Part shown: positions 11,311 to 21,724 of the stretch, one piece after another
How the letters are laid out: the number at the start of each line of letters is the position of its first letter
Position numbering within the stretch: position 1 is the first letter of the stretch
NCBI GenBank assembly: GCA_050951325.1
Contig: JBMNIW010000005.1
Span: 256,024 to 320,023 of the forward strand
Length of the DNA: 64,000 nt
Source: Clostridia bacterium
GTDB taxonomy: Bacteria; Bacillota; Clostridia; UBA1212; DUPL01
Direction: 5' to 3'
Position numbers and translations under genes: made by a program
The notes under the pieces: generated by a model
Database searches by the model: none
What the model was told of the DNA's origin: nothing
What the model saw: the letters and a program-made list of their open reading frames with translations, nothing else

Positions 11311-12339
11311 TCACCCCATGCTTTTCGGAAAGGTAATTGAAAATGTGGTCCCCCTGTCAGGCTCGCTTTGTACATGAATTTTACCATTGCAAAGTTCAAC
11401 TATACGCTTTACCATTGGAAGGCCGAGTCCGTTGCCGGACGAAGTTCTGCTTGTATCTCCCTGATAGAATTTGTCAAAAATTCTGGATAATACATCGCTT
11501 GTCATTCCAACTCCATAATCCTTTATGCTTACAATAATCTCATTTTCTTTTTCTTTCGCAGTAATTTCGATTTTACCATTTTCCTTGGATGCATTTACAG
11601 CATTGCTAAGAAGGTTTGTCCAAAGCTGTTCGGTTATGTCTTTATTGCCATGGTATGTTATTGGGTCCAAATCAAGTATTATCTGAAGATTTTTCCTGGT
11701 CCATGTTTTTTCCAGAAGAATTACACTATGTCTTATCTGTTCATCCAAAGAAAAAGAGGTCTTGTCCGTTACTATGTTTTGAGACTCCAGTTTTGTCAGG
11801 TAGAGTATGTTTGTTGACAAGTTTGCAAGATTTTCGCTTTCCTGTGCAATTATTTCAATATATTTTTTCTTTTTCTCATCTGAAATGTTTTCCTTTTGGA
11901 GCTGCTTTGCAAAACCCTGGATTGAAACAATAGGTGTTTTGAACTCGTGGGAAAAATTGCTTATGAAGTCGGACCTGAACATTTCAATACTGGCAAGCTC
12001 TCTCACCATCTTGTTAAAATCCTTTATTAGCATTTCAATTTCACCGATGGTTTTTGCGTCGTCCACCTGTACTGTGAAATTTCCCTTGGCTACTTCTTTT
12101 GTGGCTCTTGCAATATCTTTTATAGGTTTCAATATGAAGTTGGCCAGAAAATGGGCCAAAAGGGTACCGAGCAAGCTGCTGACCGACAGCACTATAATGG
12201 GAGCCCAGATTGTAGGGTAGTAAAGAAGGTCAAGCCAGTTTAGAATTACTCCCAATAAAGTTGTCAGTATGCCAGACAAAAGCATTATAACCAAAACAAA
12301 CAGAGTAGTCCTTCCGCGCAATGTCTTAATCCTCAGCAT
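11311..12339 (-). CDS. sensor histidine kinase, intramembrane-sensing type (BceS-like)
   Basis: Two N-terminal TM helices with a very short loop are followed by a HAMP-like region, an H-box (FSHEFKTP) and HATPase_c N/G boxes (NLLSNAVNAS, DYGVGM, GNGLGL). Confidence 0.85.
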   Translation of the reverse strand: MLRIKTLRGRTTLFVLVIMLLSGILTTLLGVILNWLDLLYYPTIWAPIIVLSVSSLLGTLLAHFLANFILKPIKDIARATKEVAKGNFTVQVDDAKTIGEIEMLIKDFNKMVRELASIEMFRSDFISNFSHEFKTPIVSIQGFAKQLQKENISDEKKKKYIEIIAQESENLANLSTNILYLTKLESQNIVTDKTSFSLDEQIRHSVILLEKTWTRKNLQIILDLDPITYHGNKDITEQLWTNLLSNAVNASKENGKIEITAKEKENEIIVSIKDYGVGMTSDVLSRIFDKFYQGDTSRTSSGNGLGLPMVKRIVELCNGKIHVQSEPDRGTTFSITFPKSMG

Positions 12340-13010
12340 TATATCTTCACCGCCTTGTAACCAAGTCCCCTGACAGTAACTATGTCAAAATCATTGTTAT
12401 CCTTGAATTTTTCACGCAATCTGCTTATGTGTACATCAATTGTGTGCCAGTCAGACCGACTGTCCATTCCCCATATTTCATCCAGCAGCTGGGCTCTTGT
12501 AAATATGGTTCCCTGATAGGATAGCAGTTTGAAGAGGAGCAGAAACTCTTTTTGTGGAAGATACCTTTCTCCCTTGCTGTCAACCACAAGCAGCTTGTCA
12601 TAATAGAGGGTTGTGTTGCCAATTACAAGTTTGCGTTCGTTGGCTATTTTGGCTCTCCTTAAAATGGCGGCAATTCTTAAAAGCATTTCTTCCATGTCAA
12701 TTGGTTTAACCATGTAATCATCAGCACCCAGCAAAAAGCCTTTCTTGATGTCACCAGGTGTGTCTTTTGCTGTAACCATCAATATTGGTGTATTGACATT
12801 AGCACTCCTTATTGTTTTTGTAAATTTAAAACCATCCATGTTTGGCATCATAATGTCCAAAATGATCAAGTCCACATGCTGCTTGTCCAGTACATCAAGA
12901 GCCTCCAAACCGTCCTTTGCAAGTATTGGCGTATAACCATTTTCCTTGAGCACATCTTCCATCAATATGCGGGCATTTTTGTTATCTTCAACTACCAAAA
13001 TCTTAACCAC
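12339..13010 (-). CDS. OmpR-family response regulator
   Basis: A receiver domain (LVVEDN...DLIILDIMMPNMDG) precedes a winged-helix output domain (DVHISRLREK...VRGLGYK). The stop overlaps the kinase start by 1 nt. Confidence 0.9.
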   Translation of the reverse strand: MVKILVVEDNKNARILMEDVLKENGYTPILAKDGLEALDVLDKQHVDLIILDIMMPNMDGFKFTKTIRSANVNTPILMVTAKDTPGDIKKGFLLGADDYMVKPIDMEEMLLRIAAILRRAKIANERKLVIGNTTLYYDKLLVVDSKGERYLPQKEFLLLFKLLSYQGTIFTRAQLLDEIWGMDSRSDWHTIDVHISRLREKFKDNNDFDIVTVRGLGYKAVKI

Positions 13011-13160
13011 TTTGTATTCCTCCTTAACTACATGTTACATTTTACAACAAATATCTAAGGAAAGTATAAACTTTTGATAAAATCAATTTTTGTTGAGATT
13101 CAGTTGAGAAATGACTGGCATAATATGCTTTGTTGTTCATTAATGGAAAGGGGTTAGTAT

Positions 13161-16106
13161 ATGCTTGAACTTAAAAACATTACAAAAGATTATGTCATAG
13201 GCGATTTCAAAGTTAAAGCGTTAAAAGGTATTGATATCAAGTTTAGAAAAAATGAATTTGTTTGCATCCTGGGACCATCAGGATGTGGAAAAACAACACT
13301 ATTGAATATTATCGGAGGATTGGACAAGTATACATCCGGAGACCTTGTAATAGATAATAAATCAACAAAGCAATTTACAGACAGAGACTGGGATACATAC
13401 AGAAATCACAGAGTTGGTTTCGTTTTCCAAAACTATAACCTTATACCACACCAAACTGTTTTATCAAATGTGGAGCTCGCCCTTACCCTCTCAGGTGTTT
13501 CAAAACAGGAAAGAAAGAAAAGAGCTGTTGAAGCGCTGGAGAAGGTAGGGCTGGGCGACCAGATATACAAAAAGCCGAACCAGATGTCCGGAGGACAGAT
13601 GCAAAGGGTTGCAATTGCAAGAGCCCTTGTGAACAATCCTGATATAATTCTGGCTGACGAACCTACCGGTGCTTTGGATTCTGAAACCAGCAAACAGATA
13701 ATGGAGTTGTTGAAAGAGATATCCAAGGACAAACTTATAGTTATGGTTACCCATAATGCAGACATTGCTGACAGTTATGCTACAAGAATTGTCAGACTTT
13801 TGGATGGTCATGTTGTCAGCGACTCAGACCCTTACAAAGGATCTACAATTGAAATAGGGGAAACGGTAAAGGAAAAGAAGAGAAAGAAGGAAAGCAAAAA
13901 GAAAACTTCCATGTCCTTCTTTACTGCACTGTCCCTATCGCTTAACAATCTGTTGACGAAGAAGACGAGAACATTTTTGACCAGCTTTGCCGGCTCCATA
14001 GGCATAATTGGAATTGCACTTATTATGGCGGTATCCACAGGAGTTCAGTCGTATATAGACATGGTGCAGAGAGATACATTGTCCAGTTATCCGATAACAC
14101 TGGAATCTGAGTTTATGGAATTGTCAGCTCTACTGGAAACCATCTCTAAAAAGAATGATGATGACAAGGAACATGAGCTTGATGCAGTGTATCCAAATCC
14201 GGTTATGGCAGAGCTTGTAAACAAGTTGAACACGGCAGAAACCAGGAAAAACAATCTTAAGGCCTTCAAGAAGTATCTTGAAGAAAATGCAAATAATCTT
14301 GATTTTCTGTCTTCTATACAATACATGTATGATTTGAACCTGAACATTTACTCAAAAGATGTTGAAGGCAAAATATTTAAATCCGACATACAAGAATTGA
14401 TGAACAGATTCATGGGGGGAGGTTCTTCTCAAAACAGGTACTCCAGTCCATTTTCCTCAAGCTTTAATGTATGGCAGGAAATAATGCCTGGAAAGAATGG
14501 CGAAACCATAGTAGATACCGTCTACGAACAGTATGATGTTATTTATGGCAAGATGCCAGAAAACCATGATGAAATAGTACTTATCGTTGACGAGAAAAAT
14601 GAAATAAGCGACATGGTATTGTTCTCACTGGGATTCATAACCGAAGAACAGATGATGAAAATCATGATGGCAGGTGCTGAAGGAAAAACGGTTGAACTTG
14701 ACCTCAGAGATTCCTGGTCATATGAAGAAATCTGCGAAATGACCTTCAAGGTGGTATTGAATGCAGACAAATATCAAAAACAGGATAATGGCAGGTATGT
14801 GGACTTGAGTGAGACAGAGGCGGGGCTTGCTTTCCTTTATGACAATGCTTCTGTTGACTTGAAAGTAGTGGGAATCCTTCGTCCGAAGGAAGACGCGGTA
14901 GCCACATCAATCAGCGGAGGAATAGGGTATACTTCAAAACTAACGGAGTTTGTTATCAATGAAACTTCAAGCAGGGAGATAGTCAAGGAACAGCTTGCAA
15001 ATCCGGATATAGATGTAATTACAGGTCTTCCATTCAAGAACGAAGAGGCGGAGGAACTTACGGAAGAAGAAAAAATCATCAAGGTGAATGAGTATTTCGC
15101 CGCTCTTGATAATATGGAGAAAGCTGCATTGTATATTAAAATCATGTCGGTACCAAGCAGTGAGTATCTTGAAAGTGCTGTAACGCAAACTCTAAGGTCA
15201 ATGAGCGAGGAAGAGATAAAGCAAATGCTTGTAAAGGCATATGCTGAGCAAATGGGTCTTGACGAAGAACAGATTGCAGCATATGTTGAAAACATGGACA
15301 AAGAAACACGAACCGAGTATGCTTCACAGATACTTGCAGCTTCCATTTCCATGGAATATGCCAAGCAAGTACAGCAGGAACTTGGAGCACTTCCATCGGA
15401 ACAGCTGGTATACTTGTTTGATAATGCACAGTTTACAAAAGAACAGTACCTGTATGTATTTGAAAACCTGATGCCGGCAACGGAATCTGAGAGCACGCTT
15501 GAAGACAACTTGAAGCTTCTGGGATATGTGGATTTGGAAGATCCCTTCATCATAAATCTTTATGCAACAACATTTGAAAACAAACAGTTGATTGCAGACA
15601 TGATAAAGAAGTACAACAGAGGGGTGTCCGAGAATGATAAAATATCCTATGTGGATTATATAGAGCTGTTTATGTCATCTATAACCACAATAATTAGCGC
15701 GATATCCTATGTACTTATGGCTTTTGTTGCAATATCCCTGATTGTTTCGTCAATCATGATAGGCATAATTACGTACATTTCGGTTCTGGAAAGAACGAAG
15801 GAAATTGGTATACTGCGTGCAATTGGAGCATCCAAGAAAGACATATCCAGAGTATTTAATGCAGAGACTTTGATAGTCGGATTTGTGGCCGGTGCACTGG
15901 GTATTCTGATTACTCTGTTCCTGATTGTAATAGTAAACATAATACTCTTAAATCTAACAGGAATAGAGGCTCTAAGAGCGACACTGTCGATAGGTGGAGC
16001 GATAGTACTTGTTCTTATCAGCATGTTCCTGACATTGATTGCAGGACTCATACCTTCGAAGATTGCTTCGAAGAAAGATCCGGTTATAGCATTGAGAACC
16101 GAATAA
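13161..16106 (+). CDS. fused ABC transporter ATP-binding protein / FtsX-MacB-type permease
   Basis: The N-terminal NBD has Walker [10 protein letters not shown], the signature [13 protein letters not shown], and Walker B ILADEPT. It is followed by a K-rich linker, a TM helix, a roughly 500-aa extracytoplasmic region, and a C-terminal FtsX-like 3-TM bundle. The gene is divergent from the two-component pair. Confidence 0.85.
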   Translation: MLELKNITKDYVIGDFKVKALKGIDIKFRKNEFVCILGPSGCGKTTLLNIIGGLDKYTSGDLVIDNKSTKQFTDRDWDTYRNHRVGFVFQNYNLIPHQTVLSNVELALTLSGVSKQERKKRAVEALEKVGLGDQIYKKPNQMSGGQMQRVAIARALVNNPDIILADEPTGALDSETSKQIMELLKEISKDKLIVMVTHNADIADSYATRIVRLLDGHVVSDSDPYKGSTIEIGETVKEKKRKKESKKKTSMSFFTALSLSLNNLLTKKTRTFLTSFAGSIGIIGIALIMAVSTGVQSYIDMVQRDTLSSYPITLESEFMELSALLETISKKNDDDKEHELDAVYPNPVMAELVNKLNTAETRKNNLKAFKKYLEENANNLDFLSSIQYMYDLNLNIYSKDVEGKIFKSDIQELMNRFMGGGSSQNRYSSPFSSSFNVWQEIMPGKNGETIVDTVYEQYDVIYGKMPENHDEIVLIVDEKNEISDMVLFSLGFITEEQMMKIMMAGAEGKTVELDLRDSWSYEEICEMTFKVVLNADKYQKQDNGRYVDLSETEAGLAFLYDNASVDLKVVGILRPKEDAVATSISGGIGYTSKLTEFVINETSSREIVKEQLANPDIDVITGLPFKNEEAEELTEEEKIIKVNEYFAALDNMEKAALYIKIMSVPSSEYLESAVTQTLRSMSEEEIKQMLVKAYAEQMGLDEEQIAAYVENMDKETRTEYASQILAASISMEYAKQVQQELGALPSEQLVYLFDNAQFTKEQYLYVFENLMPATESESTLEDNLKLLGYVDLEDPFIINLYATTFENKQLIADMIKKYNRGVSENDKISYVDYIELFMSSITTIISAISYVLMAFVAISLIVSSIMIGIITYISVLERTKEIGILRAIGASKKDISRVFNAETLIVGFVAGALGILITLFLIVIVNIILLNLTGIEALRATLSIGGAIVLVLISMFLTLIAGLIPSKIASKKDPVIALRTE

Positions 16107-16114
16107 TCTTTAAG

Positions 16115-16145
16115 GGCTGCCTACACACGGCAGTTCTTTTTTAAT
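16115..16145 (+). terminator. Rho-independent terminator after the ABC transporter gene
   Basis: CTGCC-TACACAC-GGCAG hairpin followed by TTCTTTTTT. Confidence 0.55.
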
Positions 16146-16148
16146 TTC

Positions 16149-16177
16149 TTGTATTTCACAGTAAATTAATGTATAAT
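16149..16177 (+). promoter_or_regulatory. putative promoter of purL (TTGTAT-N17-TATAAT)
   Basis: -35-like TTGTAT at 16149-16154 and -10 TATAAT at 16172-16177 with 17-nt spacing. I saw no purine-riboswitch-like structure. Confidence 0.35.
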
Positions 16178-16213
16178 ATTTGAGTACGTTATATCATTTT
16201 TGGGGGTTAAACA

Positions 16214-19200
16214 ATGAACTCAACTGTCAGAAGATTGTTTGTCGAAAAGAAAAAAGGTTTGGATGTGGAAGCACAATTACTACTTAAAGACCTTAAATCA
16301 ACTCTTGGTATTAAAAATCTCGATAATGTACGAATATTGAACAGGTATGATGTTGAATATTTGAACAATTCTGTTTTTGATGAAGCAAAAATTACAATAT
16401 TCTCACAACGAAATGCAGATATTGTTTATGAAGAAGTGTTTGATGTCGGTGAAAATGACTATGTGTTTACCGTTGAACTTCTTCCCGGACAATATGACCA
16501 AAAGGCTGATTCCTGCGAACAAAGTTTGAGAATTCTTGCACCACGTGACAACCCTATCGTTAAAACTGCAATAGTATACGTTCTAACCGGAAATCTTGAA
16601 AAAACCGACATAGATAAAATTAAAAAATATATTATCAACCCTCTGGATTCCAGAGAGGATTTATTACCAAAACCAGTATCCCTTGATACGAAAACAAAAT
16701 CTGCTTCAAGAATAGAGAAACTTGAAGGATTTATAGCTATGTCCGATGACAAGGTGGAAAAGCTTTACAACAAGCTTGGTCTTGCCATGTCTCTGGAAGA
16801 TTTAGTTTATGTACGCAACTATTTCAGGGATACTGAAAGAAGAGATCCTACAATTACCGAAATCAGAGTCCTTGACACATATTGGTCTGACCACTGCAGA
16901 CACACCACATTCCATACAAAACTAGTTGAGGTGGACTTGCCTGAAAACAGCGTAATCAAGAAGACTTTTGAAGATTACCTTATGGCAAGAAAAGATGTAT
17001 ATGGTGACAGGGAAGACAAAAAAGACATTAACCTGATGGATTTGGCCACCATTGGTATGAAATATCTAAAAAAGCATGGTTATCTTGATGATCTGGACGA
17101 ATCCGATGAAGTCAATGCATGCAGCATAAAAATAAAGGTGGATGTGGACGGCAAAGAGGAAGATTACCTCCTTATGTTTAAGAATGAAACCCACAACCAT
17201 CCCACTGAAGTTGAACCTTTTGGTGGAGCTTCCACCTGTCTCGGTGGTGCCATAAGGGATCCTTTGTCAGGCAGATCTTATGTATATCAGGCCATGAGGA
17301 TAACAGGCTGTTCGGATCCGACAGTGCCTGTTGAAGAGACAAGGGAAGGCAAACTGCCACAAAGAGTTATAACCACCACTGCCGCACAAGGGTACAGTTC
17401 CTATGGCAATCAAATTGGAGTACCAGCCGGCTTCCTCAAGGAAATATATCACCCAGGTTACATTGCCAAAAGAATGGAACTTGGAGCAGTAATTGCTGCG
17501 GCTCCGCAAGAGAATGTTGTCAGGTCCAAGCCAGAGAAGGGAGATTTAATCATTCTCTTGGGAGGAAGGACTGGAAGAGATGGTATTGGTGGAGCAACCG
17601 GTTCATCTAAAGAACAGACTGTCGATGCAATTCAAACGCTTGGCTCAGAAGTGCAGAAAGGAAATCCTCCTCTTGAGAGAAACATAATGAGATTGTTTAG
17701 AAAGAAAGAGGTAAGTACCTTAATTAAGAAATGTAATGACTTTGGAGCAGGTGGAGTTTCTGTTGCAATAGGTGAGCTTGCTCCCTCTATTTCAATAAAT
17801 CTTGATTTGGTTCCTTTGAAATATGATGGTCTTGATGGAACAGAGATTGCCATCAGCGAATCTCAAGAGAGAATGGCTGTTGTGGTAAGTGAAAATGATG
17901 CGGAGAAATTTATTCAGTACGCTAATGAGGAGAATCTGGAAGCTGTTGTTGTCGCAGAGATTACGGATACCGGAAGATTGAAAATGTACTGGCGGGGCGA
18001 TTTGATAGTTGATATCAGAAGAGACTTCCTTGATACAAACGGAGTTACTCAAAAGGCTTGCGCAAATGTTGAACCTTTTGATTTGTATATAGAAAAAAGG
18101 AACGCTGAAAGTATAAAGGATGAATGGGTAAAAAATCTAATGGATTTGAATAGCTGCAGTCAAAAGGGACTTGTGGAGATGTTTGACAGCACTGTTGGAG
18201 GAAATGCTGTGATTATGCCTCTTGGGGGAAAATATCAGCTCACACCGGCAGACGGAATGGTATCAAAAATTCCTGTTCTTAATGGAGAAACCAAAACCGG
18301 TTCCATAATGACTTTTGGATACGACCCTTATTTATCAGAAAAGAGTCCATTCCATGGAAGCATGTTTGCTGTCATAGATTCACTTGCCAAGGTGACCAGT
18401 CTTGGTGGAGATTTCTCAAAAGCAAGACTTACATTCCAGGAATACTTTGAAAGACTCTATGATGTTCCAACAAAATGGGGAAAACCTCTTGCCGCTCTGC
18501 TGGGAGCTTTCCATGTACAAAAAGAGTTGAAAATCCCTTCAATTGGCGGAAAGGATTCCATGAGTGGAACCTTCATGGAAATTGACGTACCTCCAACACT
18601 TGTATCATTTGCGGTGTCGGTACTGGAGGATGTTGGTAAAGTAGTAACGCAGGAATTCAAAAAGGCAAACTCTAGAGTAATTCTTTACAAACTCCCTGTT
18701 AACGAAGAATTCATGCCTGATTTTGAAAGCTTGAAAAAGAACTATATGAAAATACACACGCTAGCAGATCAAGGCAGGATAAAAGCAGCCATGGCAGTCA
18801 GGTTTGGCGGGATTGCAGAAACAATATCCCTTATGTGCTTTGGCAACATGATTGGCTTTGATTTGAAAAACTTTGACAATCTCTTTGATAAAATGTACGG
18901 TTCGATTATAATTGAGTTGGATGACAGTGCAAGCGATAAGGACCTTGAAGGCCTTGACTATATTGATTTGGGAACTACTATTGAATACAAGGTAGTTAGA
19001 CTGGGAGATGAAATTGTTTCACTAGACGAGCTTTTGGAAAACTGGAGAAAACCGCTTGACGATATTTTCCCTGAGAAGGCGTCGTTTGTGAATAATGATG
19101 TAAATATTCCCGAATACGATGAAAAGGATAGAACATATTCAAGTATAAAGGTTGCCAAACCAAAAGTGTTCATACCTTTGTTCCCTGGAACAAATGGTGA

Positions 19201-19957
19201 ATATGAGACAATCAAGGCTTTTGAAGATGCTGGCGCTGTTGTAGAGACATTTGTTGTTAGAAACAGGTCAGGCAAAGAAATCGAAGAATCAATCAAAGTT
19301 ATAAAGAGTATGATTGAAAATTCGCAGATTGTTGCACTGCCTGGAGGAAGTAGTGCTGGAGACGAACCTGAGGGAGCCGGCAAATTTATAGCGGCAGTAT
19401 TCAGAAATCCATACATTAGAGAGAGCGTGGATGAGTTATTGGAAAATCGTGACGGTCTGATTCTTGGAATAGGCAACGGATTCCAGGCTCTTGTTAGACT
19501 TGGACTGCTCCCTTATGGTACAATAAAGGAGCCTGATGAAAAAGATCCAATATTGACGCTTAATACGGTAGGCAGACATGTATCCGTGATTTCAGGAACA
19601 AAGGTTGTATCCACAAAGTCGCCTTGGCTTTGGAATACAAAAGCAGGAGATGTTTTTTACCTACCTGTTAGCTGTAAAGAAGGGCGTTTTCATGCGGATG
19701 AAGAGGCCATCAGGGTTTTGATTGAGAACAACCAGATAGCAACCCAATATGTTGACGAACTTGGAAATGTTACTATGGATCCTGAATGGAACAAGATTGG
19801 AAGCATGTACGCAATAGAAGGTATTACAAGTCCTGATGGAAGAATCCTTGGAAAGATGGCCCATTCTGAAAGAATAGGCAAAAATGTTTGTGTCAATGTT
19901 CCAGGACCTAAAGACCAGATGATATTCAGGTCCGGGGTTGAATATTATACAAAATAA
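16214..19957 (+). CDS. purL: phosphoribosylformylglycinamidine synthase, single-chain large type
   Basis: 1247 aa with FGAM synthase AIRS/AIRS_C duplications and a C-terminal class-I glutamine amidotransferase region (GxCNGFQ-like GIGNGFQAL and a conserved His region). Confidence 0.9.
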   Translation: MNSTVRRLFVEKKKGLDVEAQLLLKDLKSTLGIKNLDNVRILNRYDVEYLNNSVFDEAKITIFSQRNADIVYEEVFDVGENDYVFTVELLPGQYDQKADSCEQSLRILAPRDNPIVKTAIVYVLTGNLEKTDIDKIKKYIINPLDSREDLLPKPVSLDTKTKSASRIEKLEGFIAMSDDKVEKLYNKLGLAMSLEDLVYVRNYFRDTERRDPTITEIRVLDTYWSDHCRHTTFHTKLVEVDLPENSVIKKTFEDYLMARKDVYGDREDKKDINLMDLATIGMKYLKKHGYLDDLDESDEVNACSIKIKVDVDGKEEDYLLMFKNETHNHPTEVEPFGGASTCLGGAIRDPLSGRSYVYQAMRITGCSDPTVPVEETREGKLPQRVITTTAAQGYSSYGNQIGVPAGFLKEIYHPGYIAKRMELGAVIAAAPQENVVRSKPEKGDLIILLGGRTGRDGIGGATGSSKEQTVDAIQTLGSEVQKGNPPLERNIMRLFRKKEVSTLIKKCNDFGAGGVSVAIGELAPSISINLDLVPLKYDGLDGTEIAISESQERMAVVVSENDAEKFIQYANEENLEAVVVAEITDTGRLKMYWRGDLIVDIRRDFLDTNGVTQKACANVEPFDLYIEKRNAESIKDEWVKNLMDLNSCSQKGLVEMFDSTVGGNAVIMPLGGKYQLTPADGMVSKIPVLNGETKTGSIMTFGYDPYLSEKSPFHGSMFAVIDSLAKVTSLGGDFSKARLTFQEYFERLYDVPTKWGKPLAALLGAFHVQKELKIPSIGGKDSMSGTFMEIDVPPTLVSFAVSVLEDVGKVVTQEFKKANSRVILYKLPVNEEFMPDFESLKKNYMKIHTLADQGRIKAAMAVRFGGIAETISLMCFGNMIGFDLKNFDNLFDKMYGSIIIELDDSASDKDLEGLDYIDLGTTIEYKVVRLGDEIVSLDELLENWRKPLDDIFPEKASFVNNDVNIPEYDEKDRTYSSIKVAKPKVFIPLFPGTNGEYETIKAFEDAGAVVETFVVRNRSGKEIEESIKVIKSMIENSQIVALPGGSSAGDEPEGAGKFIAAVFRNPYIRESVDELLENRDGLILGIGNGFQALVRLGLLPYGTIKEPDEKDPILTLNTVGRHVSVISGTKVVSTKSPWLWNTKAGDVFYLPVSCKEGRFHADEEAIRVLIENNQIATQYVDELGNVTMDPEWNKIGSMYAIEGITSPDGRILGKMAHSERIGKNVCVNVPGPKDQMIFRSGVEYYTK

Positions 19958-19974
19958 TACAAGGGGGTTAACTT

Positions 19975-21705
19975 ATGAATGTAATGGATTTGTATAAGCA
20001 ATGGAGTACAGGTATTTCGTTTGATTTGGAAACTAAAGCCGAGCTTTTAGCTATTAAAGACAATCCAGATGAGATCAGAGACCGGTTCTATAAAGAACTG
20101 GAGTTTGGAACCGCAGGGGTTCGAGGCTTGGTTGGCGCAGGCACTAACCGAATGAATGTCTATGTGGTTCGAAAACTCAGCAATGCCATAGCTCAGTATG
20201 TAATGAGCCTTGGTATCGAAAAACCGACCGTTATGATTGGTTATGATTCAAGAAACCACTCACTGGAATTTGCTAAAGAAGCTGCGGCGGTATTTGCAGG
20301 CAATGGCATAAAAGTCTACATGCACAGCGAATTATGTCCAGTACCTGCCATGTCGTACTCAATCAGATTGCTGAAATGTACAATGGGCGTTTTAATAACG
20401 GCAAGTCATAATCCCAAGGAATACAACGGATACAAGGTGTTTGGTGCGGTGGGCTCACAACTGGCTCCGGATGATATTGAGAAGATAAAAGAAATTTTGG
20501 ACACTCTTACTGATTACAGCAAGATTCCAGGATTTGATTTCGAGTACTTTTCCAATAGAGGCAAAATTACCAAAATTGGAGTGAATATCAAAAACTCTTA
20601 TCTAAAAACAGTAAGAAGGCTTGTCATTGACAGGAATGCTCTCAGCATCAATGCTCCAAAGTTGAAGTTGGTCTACACTCCATTACATGGAGCAGGTATA
20701 AATTATGTTCCAAAGCTGTTAAAGAGGCTTGGTTTCAAAGAACTTTATACCGTAAAGGCTCAGATGACTCCTGATGGAAACTTCCCAACAGTAACGGTGC
20801 CCAATCCTGAAGATGGTTCAGTATACGAGCTGGCTATTCAATTGGCTGATGAAAAGGGGGCAGACCTGATTCTTGCCACGGATCCAGATGCAGACAGGGC
20901 AGGAGCAGCCGTGAAGAATGAGAATGGCGAATACATCCTACTTAACGGAAACCAAATAGGCATCTTGCTTCTTGATTATATTATCACAACCAGAAAGAAT
21001 AAGAACACAATGCCAGAGAATCCGTTTGTAGTTTCTACTGTTGTGTCAACCCGTTTGACAGAAGCCATTTGCAAACATCATGATATTGAGTACATCGATG
21101 TATTTACAGGATTCAAGTATATAGGTGGAGCAATTAACAAACATGAAGACGAAGGAGGCAAGAGCTTCCTGTTTGGTTTTGAGGAAAGCTACGGTTATCT
21201 GCCTGGCAGCTATGCAAGAGACAAGGATGGAATAGCTACATGTGTGCTTCTTGCGGAAGTTGCGGCATATTACAATGCAAAAGGCATGAATCTTTTGCAG
21301 GCATTGGATGAGATTTATGCAAAGTATGGCTATCATTATGAGACACAGGTATCTTTGGTATTCCAGGGAGAAACTGGACTTGAGAAGTCCAAGGAGATCA
21401 TGGCTCGATTGAGAGAAATGAAGAATCAGATTTCCGAAATGCCTGTTACCAACATGATTGACTACCTGGCCTCGAAGAAATATGTTTTTGGTGAAGAACC
21501 TGTTGTGGTGGATATTGAGTTTGACAAGGAAGATGTTCTATACTATAGTTTTGGTGACAATTGGGCTGTAGTAAGGCCATCAGGCACCGAACCAAAGATA
21601 AAGGTCTACTTCGGAGCCAAAGGCGAAGACATGGATGAGGCTAAAGAAAAAGCCGCAAAAATCAAAGAAAGCGTTATGGCTACCATAAAGAAATTATATG
21701 AATAA
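19975..21705 (+). CDS. phosphoglucomutase/phosphomannomutase family phospho-sugar mutase (PgcA-like)
   Basis: Active-site TASHNPKEYNGYK serine loop and the alpha-D-phosphohexomutase domain order. 576 aa. Confidence 0.85.
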   Translation: MNVMDLYKQWSTGISFDLETKAELLAIKDNPDEIRDRFYKELEFGTAGVRGLVGAGTNRMNVYVVRKLSNAIAQYVMSLGIEKPTVMIGYDSRNHSLEFAKEAAAVFAGNGIKVYMHSELCPVPAMSYSIRLLKCTMGVLITASHNPKEYNGYKVFGAVGSQLAPDDIEKIKEILDTLTDYSKIPGFDFEYFSNRGKITKIGVNIKNSYLKTVRRLVIDRNALSINAPKLKLVYTPLHGAGINYVPKLLKRLGFKELYTVKAQMTPDGNFPTVTVPNPEDGSVYELAIQLADEKGADLILATDPDADRAGAAVKNENGEYILLNGNQIGILLLDYIITTRKNKNTMPENPFVVSTVVSTRLTEAICKHHDIEYIDVFTGFKYIGGAINKHEDEGGKSFLFGFEESYGYLPGSYARDKDGIATCVLLAEVAAYYNAKGMNLLQALDEIYAKYGYHYETQVSLVFQGETGLEKSKEIMARLREMKNQISEMPVTNMIDYLASKKYVFGEEPVVVDIEFDKEDVLYYSFGDNWAVVRPSGTEPKIKVYFGAKGEDMDEAKEKAAKIKESVMATIKKLYE

Positions 21706-21724
21706 ATCAGAGGGTGATAAATAG

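Noticed and set aside
11311-11399. 89-nt same-strand overlap between the histidine kinase gene and the downstream 441-aa ORF
   Set aside because: The overlap disappears when the internal ATG at 11306 is used, so it is probably an ORF-caller artefact and not a real overlapping gene. I adjusted the start instead.
14837-15553. 238-aa antisense ORF inside the ABC transporter gene
   Set aside because: Ser/Cys/Ala-rich low-complexity translation, with no SD, fully embedded in a confidently coding opposite-strand gene. It is a typical shadow ORF.
16107-16213. Purine riboswitch upstream of purL
   Set aside because: The roughly 100-nt leader holds a terminator for the upstream gene and a promoter-like element, with no three-way-junction conserved motif.
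18958-19476. 172-aa antisense ORF inside purL
   Set aside because: Low-complexity S/P/F-rich translation opposite a strongly conserved coding region, with no start context.
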